Position numbers and translations under genes: made by a program. The notes under the pieces are model-generated. The model saw only the letters and a program-made list of their open reading frames with translations, had not been told where the DNA came from and did not search any database. 64,000 nt of DNA from Mobula hypostoma (Eukaryota): contig NC_086101.1 of the NCBI RefSeq assembly GCF_963921235.1, positions 10,418,001 through 10,482,000 of the forward strand. Reading direction: 5' to 3'. Shown here one piece after another: positions 10,072 to 21,271 of the stretch; position 1 is the first letter of the stretch, and every line of letters begins with the position of its first letter.

Positions 10072-13000
10072 ACATAATTTTGTATACCTCTGTAAAATCC
10101 CCCCTCAATCATCTACATTCCAGAGAATGAAACTCAAGGCAATTCAATCTCGCCCCATAACACAGTTGCTCAAGTTTCAGTAACTTCCTTGCAAACTTAC
10201 TCTGCACTCTTTCAATCTGATTTACATCTTTCCCATAGGCAGGTGATCGAAACCGGACCCAACACTGTCTGCAGAAACATCTTAGTCAATTTCTACCCAA
10301 CATCCCACTCTTGTACTCAATACATTGATGTATGAAGGCCAATATACCAAAACGTTTTCTTTATGGCCCTATCTACTTGAAGCAGCACTTTCAAAGAATT
10401 ATGGACTCCTAGAATTCCTAGATCCCTCTGTTCTACTGCATTCCTCAGTGCCCAACCACTCACTGTGTAACACCAACCCTGGTTGGTTCCACTGAAGTGC
10501 AACACCTCACACTTGTCTGTACTAAACTGCATCTGCCATTTTACATCCTATTTTTCCACGTCTTCCAGATCTGCTGTAAGCTCTGATCGCCTTCACAACT
10601 GTGCAGTAACCCCCAATCCTGATACCATTCCTAAATTTGATGATACAGTTTACCACATTATCATCCATTTGTTGATATGGATGACAAACCACAATGTACC
10701 CAGCATCAATCTCTGCAGCAGACCACGAGTCACAGGCCTCCAGAGAGGTAGCCACCTACAATGCTCTCTGACTTCAAACGAGAAATCAAAGTCTCTTGCA
10801 ATCTTGAAAGACAAGCGACTGAACCTTCTTGACCAAACTACCATGCAGGACCTTCTCAAAGGCCTTGTGAAGGTGCATGTAGACAACATCCACTGCCTTG
10901 CCTTCATCAACTTTCTTTGTAAATTCCTCAAAATCTCTATGAGATAGGTTAAACAAATTTATCACACACAAAGCCGTGTTAGCTGTCCCAAATCAGTCAC
11001 TGTCTATTCAAATACTTTTATATCTGGTCCCATAGAACATTTCCCAAAAACTTTCCCAGTGCTGACGTCAGGCTCATATGCCTGTAATTTCTGGCTTATT
11101 CTTAAACAGCAGAACAACATTAGCTATTCTCCAATCCTCTGGCACCTCACCCGTGGCTAAAGATGTTTAAAATATCTCAGCTGGGGCCCCTGCAATTTCT
11201 GCATTAGCCTCCCACAGGGTTTGAGAGAACATCTTTTTTTTTTCCTTTTTACCCCTGAAACCTAGATCTACCCCCCCCAATTGAGGATGATCACAGGCAT
11301 TACCCAACAAAAAACTTCCAAGGCATTCCCCATACGGCCAAACTTTCAATCTAATGTAGGGTGGCTCCCCTCCTTAAAATTTATCCTATCACTTATACTA
11401 CCTTTAATATAACATATAGGCTAAAGATGACACAGGCCAAACTAAGCATTAAAAACAAAAAAAACTAGGCAACTTCAACGCCCGAGATACAAATCCCAAA
11501 TATTTACATTTTGCTGGTTGAAAGTTTTTGTTAATCAGTTTTGGCAGCATACCAATTTGACCCGATCGTGTTCCACAAATTAAACTGGAAAAAAATAAAC
11601 AAAGAAGTGGATTGTGAAAATTAACAGTTTGCCTCGGCATGAGGCCCCTTCCATGCTGCACGAATAACCTAAAAAAAAAGGTCATTGCTCTTCTCGTTCT
11701 TCTTCTCCCCAGCGTGAATGGTAAAACTCTTTGGCGCCTCTGGTGTATCGAAATAATGCTTTTTACCTTCATGCATGACCCAGAGCTGGGCAGGATACAA
11801 GAGGCCAAACCTGACCCCTTTCCCGTAAAGCAGGGATTTCACCTCCTTGAAAGCTGCTCGTTTTTTACCCAGCTCCGCACTAAAATCTTCATAAAAAAAC
11901 AGGCGGTGTCCGCGGAAATACAGCTCCTGCTTCCGCCTGTTGATGATGCGTTGCTTATCTTGAAAGGAGTGAAAGCAAACCAGGAACGTTCTTGGTCTCG
12001 TTTGCTTGGCTCCAGAGACACCGGATGGTTTATGTCCGACTCGGTGAGCACGCGGAAGTACGAGAGGACTTGGGAAAAAATTTGTCCCCAGCACTTCGTC
12101 AAAAAACTCAGTCATAAATTTAACAGGGTCCGAACCTTCCAAATTTTCAGGAATGCCGACCACTCTCAAATTGGATCTCCGTGACCGATTCTCGAGGTCA
12201 TCTAGCTTTCCCTTCAGAAATGCGTTTTCGCTCGGCAACGCTGCAATGGCGGCTTCGGCGCTCACCAGTCGGTCACTGTAATCATTCAGGCCGTCTTCAA
12301 CCCCACGAATGCGTTCGTCGTGCGACTCGGTGATAAAGCATCTTCAAGTTCTCTTTATAGGGCAGAATGCGCTGCTTGCGTCATGTCAGTAATAAGCACT
12401 AAACAAAGCCTCTCCAAGTCCTCGGGTAGCGCAGGGCTGGGTCCGGGTCCAGCAGCGTGCAACGGCGCCATTACTGTAACATCAGCCTTCTTGCTCGAGG
12501 CTTCGCTATCTTTTTCTCCAGTTTTACCTCGAAGGTATATTCTATTTGCCATTTCAATGTCCAGCTACGTCCCGCGTTGTTCACAATGGTAAATATTCAG
12601 TTATCTCAAGCATATGGCAAAGATAAACAGGTAGATTTTCAATAAAAATAGGGAGCCACACTCACACACACCGACTCACTCCATACTCAACCCCAGAAGT
12701 CCTGACAGAAGATCATGTCAGGTCCTGTGATTTATCCACCCTAATTTGCTTCAAGACAGCAACACCTCCTCCTCCGTAATCTCTATAGGGTCCATTACAC
12801 CGTTACTGCCCAGCCTCACGTCAATAGATCCTGTCTCTCTCTCGAGTAAATACTGATACAAAAATCCATTTAAAATTTCCCACGTTTCTGTCAGCTCCAT
12901 GCGTGGATACCACTCTGATCTTCCATGTGTCTTCTTTTAGCCCTCCTGATTGTCTTCTTGCATTTCTTTCACTCCTCAAATACCTCATTTGTTCCTGCCT

Positions 13001-13580
13001 GACTCTAACTGTTATGTACCTCCTTCTTTTTCTCAATTAGGACCTCAATACCTGTTAAAAATCATGCTCCCTGAACTGATTATCCCTGCCTCTTATTCTG
13101 CAGGAACATACAATCTCTGGACTCTCAAAGCTCCCCTTTTGAAAGCCTCTCACTTAACAAGTACACATTTGCAAGAAACACTCTGTCACAATCCGCACTT
13201 GCCAGATCCTTTTCGATACCATCAAAATTGGCCTTTCTCCAGTTTGTACCAGATCTGTCCTTTTCCATAATCACTTCGAGACAAATGGCATTTTGAACAA
13301 GATGCAAAGTATTCCCCTACAGAAACTTCTGTCACCTGTCCTGTCTCATTCCCTAATAGCAGATCAAGTATCAAACACACACTCTCTTTTGGACTTCCAC
13401 AGAGGGATTAAGGAAACTTTCTTCAGCATATTTGACAAACTTTTTCCCATCCAGCTGTTTTACAGTATGGGAGTCCCAGTCAATATGTGGAAAGTTAAAA
13501 TCACCCACTATCCCACAAAGCACCCACTGTTTTGTTTCTTGCAACAGTCTGCAATCTGCCTACAAATTTGCTCCTCTACA
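10072..13580 (-). mobile_element. Decayed CR1 LINE (10072-11233 and 12703-13580), split by the L1-derived insertion
   Basis: Antisense MQFSTDKCEVLHF, DEGKAVDVVYMHLHKAFEKVLHG, NWRKANFDGIEKDLASAD. The CR1 sequence rejoins across 11233/12703. Confidence 0.85.
11234..12702 (-). mobile_element. ORF1-only L1-derived retroelement (HAL1-like or 3'-truncated L1), 1469 bp
   Basis: 5' end GGACTTCTGGGG at 12702. ORF1 starts at 12552 (MANRIYLR...), has one disruption near 12355, then reads KLDDLENRSRRSNLRVVGIPE...RAHRV...FYEDFSAEL...FGLLYPAQL (L1 ORF1p/Transposase_22 type). A T-rich spacer follows, then an A-rich tail at 11234-11250. No ORF2. Imperfect 12-bp TSD TGAGAGAACATC (11222-11233) / TGACAGAAGATC (12703-12714). 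Confidence 0.85.
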
Positions 13581-14816
13581 TTATAGAGTCATAGAGAAGT
13601 ACAGCACAGAAGCAGGTCCTTGGCCCATCTAGTGCATGCTAAAAATATTTAAATTGCCTTCTCCCATCAACCTGCACTGGGACAATAGCCCTCTGTATCC
13701 CTACCATACATGTCCAAACTTTTCTTAAACATTGAAATTGTGATGGCATGCACCACTTGTGTTGGCTGCTCATTCCAAAATCTCACGACCATCTGAATGT
13801 AGAAGTTTCCCCTCATGTTCTCCTTAAACCTCTCACCTTTCATCCTGAACCCATGACATTTGGTTGTAGTCCCACCCAACCTTTGGAAAAAGCACACCTG
13901 CATTTACTTTGTCTATACCCCTCATAATTTGTACACCTCAATCAAATCTCATCTCAATCTTCTGTGTTCTAAAGAATGCAGTCATAACCTATTCAATCTT
14001 TCCTCATAATTCGGGTCCTCCAGATGTGGCAATATCCTTGTGAATTTTCTCTGTACTCTTTCAAACGTGTTTACATCTTTTCTGCAAGTAGGTGTCCAAA
14101 ATGCACACAACATTCCAAATTAAGCCTCACCAACACCTTAAACATCTTCAACATAACATCTCATCTCCTGTACTGAATACATTGATGCATGAAGGCCAGT
14201 GTTGCAGAAGCTTTCTTTACGGCTCTATCTACCTGTGACACAACTTTCAACAAATTATGTACCTGTATTCCCAGATTCCTTTGTTCTGCCACACTCCTCA
14301 ATGTCTTTCTGTCCACTGTGTAGACCAACCCTGGTTGATCCTACTGAAGTGCAAAACATACTTCCCTGCAATAAATTCCCTTTGCCATTTTCCAGCCGAT
14401 TTTCCCAGCTGATGCAAATCCCCCTGCAAGTCATGATAGCCTTCCTCACAGTCCAATACTCTCCCAATCTGAATGTGATACGCAAATTGGCTCATCCAGT
14501 TCACCACATTATCATCCAGATGATTGATATACTAGAGATGGCAAACAGCAAAGGACCCAGCACCGATCCGGTGGCAAACCACTAGTCACAGGCCTCCAGT
14601 CAGAGAGGCAACCCTCTACTACCACTCTCTGCCTTCTCCCGTAAAGCCAATGTCTCATCCAATTTACTACCTCATCCTGAATGCCAAGCGACTGAACCAT
14701 CCTGACTAGCCTTTCATGTGGGACCTTGTCAAATGTCTTACTAAAGTCCACGTGGACAACATCAACTGCCTTGCTTTCATCAATTTTCCTTGAACAACTC
14801 AATAAGATTGGTTAGA

Positions 14817-15506
14817 TTAGATTTAGATTTTTAGTTTATGAGGACACGCAGTCCTCTTTTATTGTCATTTAGTAATGCATGCATTAAGAAATGATACAAT
14901 GTTCCTCCAGAATGATATCACAGAAACACAAGACAAACTGAGACTGAAAAACTGACAAAAACCACACAATTATACCATATAGTTACAACAGTGCAAAGCA
15001 ATACTGTAATTTGATAAAGAACAAACCATGGGCACGGTAAAAAAAATCTCAAAGTCTCTCGAAGGTCCCATCATCTCACGCAGATGGTAGAAGGAAGAAA
15101 AACTCTCCCTGCCATGAGCTTCCAGCGCTGCAAACTTGCCGATGCAGCACCCTGGAAGCACCCGACCACAGCTGACTCGAGTCCGTCCGAAAACTTCGAG
15201 CCTCCGACCAGCCCTCCGACACCGAGCACCGAGCACCATCTCTGCCGAGCGCTTCGACCCTGGCCCCAACAACAGGCAATAGGCAAAGTCGAGGACTCGG
15301 GGTCTTCCCCTCTGGAGATTCTCGATCTCACAGTAGCAGTGGCAGCGAAGTGGGCATGTCAGACGTTTCTCCAGATGTTCCTCCGTGCATCTCATGTCTG
15401 TCTCCATCAAATCAGGATTGTGCACGGTACCTACTTACAAATATGATATTATTTCAGAGCAGCCGTGCGCGCTGCGTCACACCGCCATCTTCGCCTCCCC
15501 TCCCCT
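14817..15506 (-). mobile_element. Non-coding short retroposon (~690 bp) with YY1-like head and (TCTAA)n tail, copy 1
   Basis: 6-bp TSD GTTAGA (14811-14816, 15507-15512); the 5' end on the minus strand reads AGGGGAGGGGAGGCGAAGATGGCGG; homologous to 15731-16390 in the opposite orientation. Confidence 0.75.
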
Positions 15507-15730
15507 GTTAGACATACCTGACCACAAATGAAGCCATTCTATCTTTCATTGGTCTATGTCTATCCAAATACAGCGTCTATAAAAAGTATTCACACCCTCC
15601 TTTGAAGTTTTCATGTTTTATTGTTTTACAACATTGAATCTCAGTGGATTTCATTTAGCTTTTTCGACACTGATCAACAACAAAGGCTCTTTCATGTAAA
15701 GTGAAGACAAATTTCTTCAAATTGGTCTAA

Positions 15731-16390
15731 AGTGGCACGGCCACTTTGGTGATGAATATCTGTTACATGTCAAGTAGGGGACTGTGCACAATTCTGATTT
15801 GATGGAGATGGACGTGAGAGCACGGAGGAAGATCTGGAAAACTTCTGAAATGCCCGCTTCGCTGCCGCTGCTACTGCGTGGTAACCAGAATTTCCGGAGC
15901 AGAAGGCCCTAGAATTCTCGGCTTTGTGTGTTTCAGCAACCGGGGCGAGACCAAAGGTGCTCGGCAGAGGATGGTGCTCGGGAGGCTGTATCGGAGAGGC
16001 TGGTTGGAGGCTCAGAGTTTTCAGACGGATGGACTCAGTGTCGGCTGTGGTCAGCTGCTTCCAAGGTATTGGCAAGTTGACGGTGCGTGGAGGTTTATGG
16101 CAGGGAGTTTCTCCCTTTTGCTGCCTGCTATCAGGGACTCGGAAGTCGATCGACTCGGGGACTATTGAGACTTTATTTACTGTGCCCATGGTTTGTTCTT
16201 CATCAAATCATGGTATTACTTTGCACTGCTGTAACTATATGTTATAATTATGTGATTCTGTCAGTGTTAGTCTTTGGTTTGTCCTGTTTTCTGTGATATC
16301 ACTCTGGAGAAACATTGCATCATTTCTTAATGCATGTATGCGTTTCTAAATGACAATAAAAGAGTACTGAGTGTTCTCATAATCAAAAAA
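15731..16390 (+). mobile_element. Short retroposon, copy 2 (same family as 14817-15506), inserted in the Tc1 TIR region
   Basis: Shares the blocks gtgcacaat(c/t)ctgatttgatggaga, ctgtgcccatggtttgttctt and ctaaatgacaataaaagag with the reverse complement of copy 1; A-rich end at ~16385. Confidence 0.75.
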
Positions 16391-17118
16391 AAAATTCAAT
16401 TATTGCAAAATAATTGATTGCACAATTACTCTCCCCCTTCAAAACTGCTCAAGCTCTGTCAGAATGTGTGGTGATTGTGAGTGAACAACCATTTTCAAGT
16501 CCAGCCACAAATCCTCGTTTGTGGTCCAGACTCTGACTTGGCCACTTGAGGGCATTCACTTTGTTTTTAAGCTATTCCTGTGTGGCTTTGGCTTTATGCC
16601 TGTGGTCATTATCTTGGTGGAAAACAAATCTTCTCTCAAGTCACAGTTCTGTTGCAGACTGCATCAGATTTTCCTCCAGGATTTCCCTGTATTTTGCTGC
16701 ATTCATTTTACCCTCTACCTTCACAAGCCTTTCAGGGCCTGCTGCAGTGAAACATCCCCACAGCATGATGTAGGCACCACCATGCTTCACGGTAGGGATG
16801 GTGTGTTTAGTCTGATGGCCAAAAAGCTCAACTTTGCTTTGATCAGACCATAGCACCTTCTTCCAGCTGAATTCAGGTTCTCTCACATGCCTTCCGGCAA
16901 ACTCTAGACAAGATTTCATGTGAGTTTTTTTCAACAGTTGTTTTCAATTTTCTACTGTCCCATAAAGCTACGACTGGTGAAGCACCGGGGCAACAGTAGT
17001 TGTATGCGCAGTCTCTCCCGTCTCAGCCACTGAAGCTTGTAACTCCTCCAGAGTTGTCATCGGTGTCTTGGTGGCCTCGCTCACTCGTCCTCTTCTTGCA
17101 CGGTCATTGAGTTTTTGA

Positions 17119-17846
17119 ACTGACTTGAATTTAATTGAATTTATTACTTACATCCTTCATGAGGACTAAAAATCTTTATGTTACGTCTCCGAATGAATGT
17201 GCAATGTGCAATTTTATATTAATTTATAATAAATCGTATGTACAACAGGACAGTCATTATAACAGAAATACAATTGTATTAGCATGAATTAAGCAGTCTG
17301 ATAGCCGGGTGGAAGAAGCTGTCCCGGAGCCTGTTGGTCCTGGCTTTTTGGCAGCAGTACAGTTTCCCCGATGGTAGCAGCTGGAACAGCTTGTGGTTGG
17401 TGTGATTCGGGTCCCCAATGATCCTTCAGGCTCTTTTTACACATCTGCCTTTGTAAATATCCTGAATAGTGGGAAGATCACCTCTACAGATGCTCTGGGC
17501 TGTCCACAACACTCTCTGCAGAGCCCTGTGATTGAGGGAAGTACAGTTCCCATACCAGGCAGTGATGCAGCCAGTCAGGATGCTCTCAATTGTGCCGCTG
17601 TAGAAAATTTTTAGGATTTGGGGGCCCATACCAAACTTATTCAACCATCTGAGGTAAAAGATGCGCTGTTTTGCTTTTTTCACCACACAGCCGGAAAGTA
17701 CAGACTACGTGAGCTCCTCGGTGATGTGCATGCCGAGGAACTTAAAGCTGTTCGCCCTCACAATCCCAGATCCATTGATGTCAATAGGAGCCAGCCTGTC
17801 TCCATTCCTCCTGTAGACCAAAACCAGCTCCTTTGTTTTTGCAACA
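17119..17846 (-). mobile_element. Rex1/Babar LINE 3' fragment inserted in the Tc1 transposase
   Basis: Antisense LNVAKTKELVL...FKFLGMHITEELT; VKKAKQRIFYLRWLNKFGM...IESILTGCITAWYGNC. Confidence 0.88.
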
Positions 17847-19255
17847 TTGAGGACGGCAGATTTACAGCAGTGCCATATTCTTTCCATTTCTTGATAATTG
17901 ACTTAACTGGACTCCAAGGGATATTCAGTGACTTGGAAATGTTCTTGTATCGATCTCCTGACTTGTGTTTTTCAATAACCTTTTTGCAGAGTTGCTTGGA
18001 GTGTTCTTTTGTCTTCATGGTGTAGTTTTGCCAGGATACTGACACCAGCAGCTGGTCCCAGATACAGGTGTATTTTTACTGCAGTCCGTCGAAACACCTT
18101 GACTGCACACAGGTCTCCAAAAGCAGATTTCCATTTAACTAATTACGTAACTTCTAAAGCCAATTTGATGTACCAGTAATGATTTGGTGTGTCATATGAA
18201 AGGGGCTGAATACTTATGCAATCAATTATTCTGTGTTTTATATTTGTAATTAACTTTGAACATTTTGTAGTGATCTACTTTCACGTTGACACAGAAGAGT
18301 CTTCTCCTGTTGATCAGTGTCAAAATATGTCAAATTAAATCAACTCTGATTCAATGCTATAAAACAATAAAATATAATATCTTCCAAGGGGGGCTAAATA
18401 CTTTTTATAGGCACTGTACTTATATATCTGGTCCCTTACAATATCTGCCAATAACTTTCCCACAACCAATGTCGACTCACCAGTCTATAATTTCCTTGTT
18501 TGTGTTCAGAGCCTGTTTTAAACAACAGAACAACTTTGGCTTTTCTCCAATCTTCTGGTAACGCTTCTTTTGCAAAGGATGGTTTAAATATCTCTGCTGG
18601 GACCCCAGCAATTTCTGCACACCTCTTGGAGGGTCTGAGGGAACACGTTGTTAGGCCTGAGGAATTTATCCACCCTGATTTGTGTCAGGGTACAAACACC
18701 TCCTCCTCTGTAATCTGTACATGGTCCATGAAGTTGATGCTGCTTTGCCTTACTTCTAAAGACTCTGCATCCGTCTCCTGAGTAAATACAGAAGCAAAGA
18801 ATTCATTTAAGATTTCTGCCGTGTGTTTTGTTTCCACACACGGATTACCTAACATTCTGATCTTCCAGAGGACCAATTTTGTCCGAAGCGGTCCTTTAAC
18901 ACAACTGATCTGTGGACTTCTCCTTCATGTTGTCTGCTGGAGCAACTTCCTGCTTTCTTTTAGCCTTTCTGATTTATTTCTTAAGTGTTTTCTTGCATTT
19001 AGTATCCTTCATAAGCACCTCATATGTTTCTTCCTGCTTATACCTGCTATGCAGCTCCTTTTAATTCTTAACCAGGGCCTCAATATCTCTCGAAAACTAA
19101 GGTTCCATACACCTGCTATCTTTACCTTTTATTCTGATGGGCAAGTACATGTTTTAATGTTTTAACATCATGTTTTAACTCTCAAAATTTGGTTCTGAAA
19201 GCCTCCACTTTCCTCCACTTGCCAGAAAACATTTCCCAATCCACACTTGCCAGAT

Positions 19256-19410
19256 GATAGGTTCTTGATTTGACACGGCATCAAAGGTTATGGGGAGATG
19301 GCCGAGGAATGGAATTGAGGGGAGAAAAGTATCAGCCATGATTGAATGGCAGAGCAGGGTTGATGGACCAAGTGGCCTTATTCTGCTCCTATGTCTTATG
19401 GTTTTTTGTT
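19256..19410 (+). mobile_element. CR1 3'-terminal fragment
   Basis: gataggttcttgatt...aaaggttatgggg...tcagccatgattgaatggcagagcag...ttctgctcctatgtcttatgg is a CR1-type 3' end. Confidence 0.7.
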
Positions 19411-19544
19411 TTTATTTTCATAATTCTGGTTGTTGATCCATACCCTGAGCTCATCCACCTTTTCTACGTTACAGTGCTCAGCCTATTGTTGCTTTTCATG
19501 GGAATTAACAAGAAATTGTTAGTAAGTTTGCAGATGACACGAAA

Positions 19545-20189
19545 ATATGCATTTAATTGCATAACGGTGCTGACACTTTGCAAAAGTTCAACTATGCTAA
19601 AAAAATATTGTTGATGATTTTCATTTGTATTCAGTGTCTCAGGCTTCTTACTTAAGTGTCCAACAAGAGTCAGCTAGCATTGACGGGTTCCAGTTGCCCT
19701 GATACCATTTCTCCATGACCGCAATATCCTTGTAAAGCCTTTCACCATACTCATCACTGACAGCACCAAGATTTGCAGGGAAGCATTCTAAATGGGAAGG
19801 CAGAAAATGAATCTTTAGTGACATGTTTCACTTCATGGTTTTGTATGCTTGACTCATGTTGTCAACAAGCTGCATGTAGTTTGGTGCTCTGTAGTTGCTA
19901 AAAAGCTTTTCAACAACATCCTTGGATGCCTTCCATGTGATTTTCTCCGGTCCCACTAGAAGTTCAAATTGTCATTGATGATCTGTTTTATTTGTGGCCC
20001 ATCAAAAATGCCTTCCTTAATTTTGGCATCAATTACTCTGATGAATTATGAATTGAAATACAAATACAGATGATTTCAAGAAAATGTACATGATAGGGAA
20101 ATTTCATGGTGGATTTCATGATCAATGACTCAAAATCCACAAGATACACCCAGAAGTATTCAGGAAGCAAAATCTTTGCTCTCCAGCTG
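19545..20189 (-). mobile_element. Internally deleted Chapaev3-type (CMC superfamily) DNA transposon relic
   Basis: Antisense translation across frameshifts: DAKIKEGIFDGPQIKQ...NMSLKIHFLPSHLECFPANLGAVSDEYGERLYKDIAVMEKWYQGNWNPSMLADSCW, matching the Chapaev3 C-terminal motif as I recall it. Terminus-like end near 20189; it interrupts a CR1 at KFADDTK|IG. Confidence 0.72.
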
Positions 20190-21270
20190 TAATTGGGATA
20201 TGGTGGACAGAGAAAAAGATTACCAAAAATTACAGAAGGATATGTATCTGCTGAATAAGTGAGCTGATGAATAACAGAAAGAACTTGATTCTGATAAGCG
20301 CTAGCTATTGCGTTTTGGAAAGTCAAATCAAGGGCGGTCGTACAAGGTGAACAATAGGGTCCAGAGGAATGTTGGAGGATAGATGGAACTTGGAGTCCAA
20401 GTATTTGGTTCCCAGAAACTGGAGTCACATCTGCACAGGTTGATAAAGTGAGCTTTTAGCACACTGGCCTGTTCTGTTTTCAACACCCTGCTATTGGAAA
20501 GAATGCAGAAATATTTACAAGGATCTTGCCGATTTTGCCAGGACTTGAGAAACTGAGTTATGGGAAGAGGTTGCACAGTCTAGGACATTATTCCTTGGAG
20601 CATATGAGTCTGAGAGCTGATCTTATGAGGCTCTTCCATTGGTTGGGGTCAAACATGGATATTGCATCTGAGCTGTTTACATGATTATATAAACTGGTAC
20701 ACAAGTCAGAGCAGTTTGATATGGAGAACAATCTGTTGTTCATGCAGCAGGCTCCCCCTCTCCAAACAGCCGACATATCAAAAGGAACAGCAGAAACCAA
20801 TACAGTTTGGCATCAGTGGAGTTGCAGGACTCTAACTCCGGGTTTTTTCCTCAGGGTTTACTCCCAAAGCCATCCCCATGACTGGGTATAGCCACAAGGC
20901 AGCGGAGGATTGAGGTTAGGATTTTCCATCTGCTAGATGATCTGCTAACCACAGCTGACGAGCCCCATCAACTCAAAGTGATGAGTTTTAAGCTGCCAGT
21001 ACCTGCTTTTGCCCCTTTTCCTGTCAGTAGAAATGGTTCCACCATACTTAGTAGCTGAGCCACACTGGAAGGGCAGGAGGTGGACTTGATTGTCAGGGAC
21101 TATTTGAGATGCAGTCTATTGGGAATATTAAATAGGTAGTGGGAGCTTATCTCCACCAACTGCCCTGGTTATAACACCAGGAACCAGTGATCTTATGGAA
21201 ATGTATAAAATCATGAGGGGCATAGAGAGGATGAATTCACAGTCTTTTCTCACTGGGTTAGAGTATCGAG
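20190..21270 (+). mobile_element. Highly decayed CR1 3' region (also 19505-19545), split by the RTE-derived insertion
   Basis: gtaagtttgcagatgacac...; ctgagttatgggaagaggttg...ttattccttggagcat...tgatcttatggaaatgtataaaatcatgaggggcatag. Confidence 0.65.
20628..21187 (-). mobile_element. RTE-derived non-autonomous short retroposon (~560 bp)
   Basis: 10-bp TSD TGATCTTATG (20618-20627, 21188-21197). The antisense sequence resembles an RTE 5' UTR (gggctcgtcagc...ctag.agatggaaaa) joined to a short RTE-like 3' end. No ORF. The family assignment is from memory. Confidence 0.6.
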
Positions 21271-21271
21271 A

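Larger units (their letters stand above)
15571..18416 (-). mobile_element. Tc1/mariner DNA transposon with long TIRs, decayed transposase, two nested insertions
   Basis: TA TSD (15569-70, 18417-18); termini CAGCGTCTATAAAAAGTATTCAC / GCTAAATACTTTTTATAGGCACTG. Transposase fragments MKTKEHSKQLCKKVIEKHKSG..YKNISKSLNIPWS and WKKVLWSDQSKVELFG...PTVKHGGAYIMLWGCF. Confidence 0.93.
13583..19255 (-). mobile_element. Decayed CR1 LINE hosting a short retroposon and a Tc1 (CR1 pieces 13583-14816, 15507-15570, 18419-19255)
   Basis: Antisense CR1 3' end at 13583 (atagagtcatagagaagtacagcacag...); DESKAVDVVHVDFSKTFDKVPHERL; AEILNEFFASVFTQE. Flanks rejoin across both insertions. Confidence 0.85.

Noticed and set aside
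11669..12265. Domesticated L1TD1-like host gene
   Set aside because: ORF1 is disrupted near 12355 and altered at its C-terminus, and it sits in a TSD-flanked insertion; it is a decayed element rather than a host gene.
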